The notes under the pieces are model-generated. The model did not search any database. It saw only the letters and a list, made by a program, of their open reading frames with translations, and had not been told where the DNA came from. Shown in pieces: positions 62,909-64,000 of a stretch of DNA of 64,000 nt (position 1 is the first letter of the stretch; every line of letters begins with the position of its first letter). The DNA comes from Azolla caroliniana (Eukaryota; Plantae; Polypodiophyta). A program made the translations under genes and the position numbers. The DNA lies in assembly GCA_043228905.1 (NCBI GenBank), contig JBHGNT010000009.1, positions 18,414,001 to 18,478,000 on the forward strand. Direction: 5' to 3'.

Positions 62909-63245
62909 TCACGTCATGAATGCGTAATGGTGCGCCATGTACTCATTATACCCGTACCTCTTTACGGGGTTCTTCTGGTGTGTAAATCGGCGTAATTCGT
63001 GATTACCCAATTTTGTGACCTTTTCGGTCGATTTTGACCTCTTCCGTGGAGGTTCCTTCTCGACTGGCTTGAGGTCAGATTCGCTTCAAACTGGCTCGGC
63101 ACTACCGAAATCGTATTCCGGCATCTTCTTATTCCCTTTCTCCTTGCGCGTAAACTGTCTCCGCAGTTCTTTACGCAGGGACATCACAGCCGAGTCTCCA
63201 CTACTCACCGTCTCATTATCTGGTTGGTCATCTTGGTCCAACCCC

Positions 63246-63761
63246 TCATTCAGCCCACTTAGCTGAAATGAGATCGGACTCTCTTAGAGCTCCGATTTCT
63301 TCATCGTGCAGAGGCATTTCGGCCTCGCTAACATCTTCCTCAGAATTTGGAATGGAGTCATGAGGAGTTGGAGGTGAAGGCAAGTACCACGAAGCAGACT
63401 CGTCGAACACGACATCTCGGCTTACGCGTACTTCCTTCATTCGAGGGTTATAACATTTATACCCCTTTTGTTCGTCTGGATAGCCGACTAAGATGCACTT
63501 TTCGGCTTTGGCGTCCAGCTTCCTCCTCTTTTCCTTTGGCACATGCACATATGCAATGCTACTGAAGATCCTCAAGTGTGCCAAGTTCGGCTTCTTCTCG
63601 AAATACATATCATGTGGCGACACTCCTCCATTAGCAGAAGTTTGATTTTGCAAGTAGACAGCCGTCTTCATGGCTTTAGCCCCATAGAATTTTGGCATAT
63701 GCTTCTCTTCAAGCATTGCCCTGGCCACTTCTTCAATCGTCTGATTCTTCCGCTCAGCCAC
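63246..63761 (-). CDS. pol: copia integrase fragment
   Basis: AERKNQTI...KCILVGY...GYKCY...SRDVVFDE. Confidence 0.88.
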   Translation of the reverse strand: MAERKNQTIEEVARAMLEEKHMPKFYGAKAMKTAVYLQNQTSANGGVSPHDMYFEKKPNLAHLRIFSSIAYVHVPKEKRRKLDAKAEKCILVGYPDEQKGYKCYNPRMKEVRVSRDVVFDESASWYLPSPPTPHDSIPNSEEDVSEAEMPLHDEEIGALRESDLISAKWAE

Positions 63762-64000
63762 GCCGTTCTGTTGCAGCGTGTATCTACATGAGAATTCACG
63801 TTGAATTCCCTCCTTCTGTAGATAACTTGTGAACTAGTTGGAGAAGTACTCCTTCCCATAGGCATTTGATCTTACGCCCTGTTTCCCTTTCCGCAAGGCT
63901 CTTCACCTTCAGGAAACATGCGAAGCCTTCGCTCTTCTTCTCAATCATGCATGCCCACATGTGCCGAGTGAAGTCGTCAATGAAGGTTACAAAGTAACGG

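Larger units (their letters stand above)
60387..64000 (-). mobile_element. Ty1/copia element D: 3' LTR, RNase H, RT, integrase (continues beyond the window)
   Basis: LTR 60387-60812 with PPT AGGGGGAG at 60813-60820; ORFs 61290-61964 (RNase H), 62159-62908 (RT, YVDDL), 63246-63761 (integrase). Confidence 0.92.

Overview
Eukaryotic (plant) nuclear heterochromatin-like DNA. The retroelement lineages (Tcn1-like chromoviruses, non-chromovirus Ty3/gypsy) suggest a non-seed plant, but this is inference. Bases 1-26,456 are a highly homogenised tandem array of a 1,179-bp unit (23 units visible; the array probably continues left of the window). Each unit carries two minus-strand 73-nt tRNA-Arg genes, one with anticodon UCG and one with ACG: 23 UCG + 21 ACG intact copies. 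The two genes differ at only 6 of 73 positions, so one looks like an anticodon-switched copy of the other. A 5'-truncated Ty3/gypsy element (26,457-31,576) sharply separates this array from about 5 old, decayed units with tRNA pseudogenes (31,577-36,113). The rest is a nest of degenerate LTR retrotransposons: four Ty1/copia remnants; two head-to-head Tcn1-like chromoviruses whose LTRs contain a tRNA-like A-box/B-box cassette and an 11-nt self-priming site; a tRNA-Trp-primed gypsy fragment; and a non-autonomous LTR element carrying a captured, intronless CDPK/CAMK-like kinase pseudogene. A 56-bp relic of the array spacer at 60,331 suggests the TE nest grew inside the former array. No intact host protein-coding gene was found.
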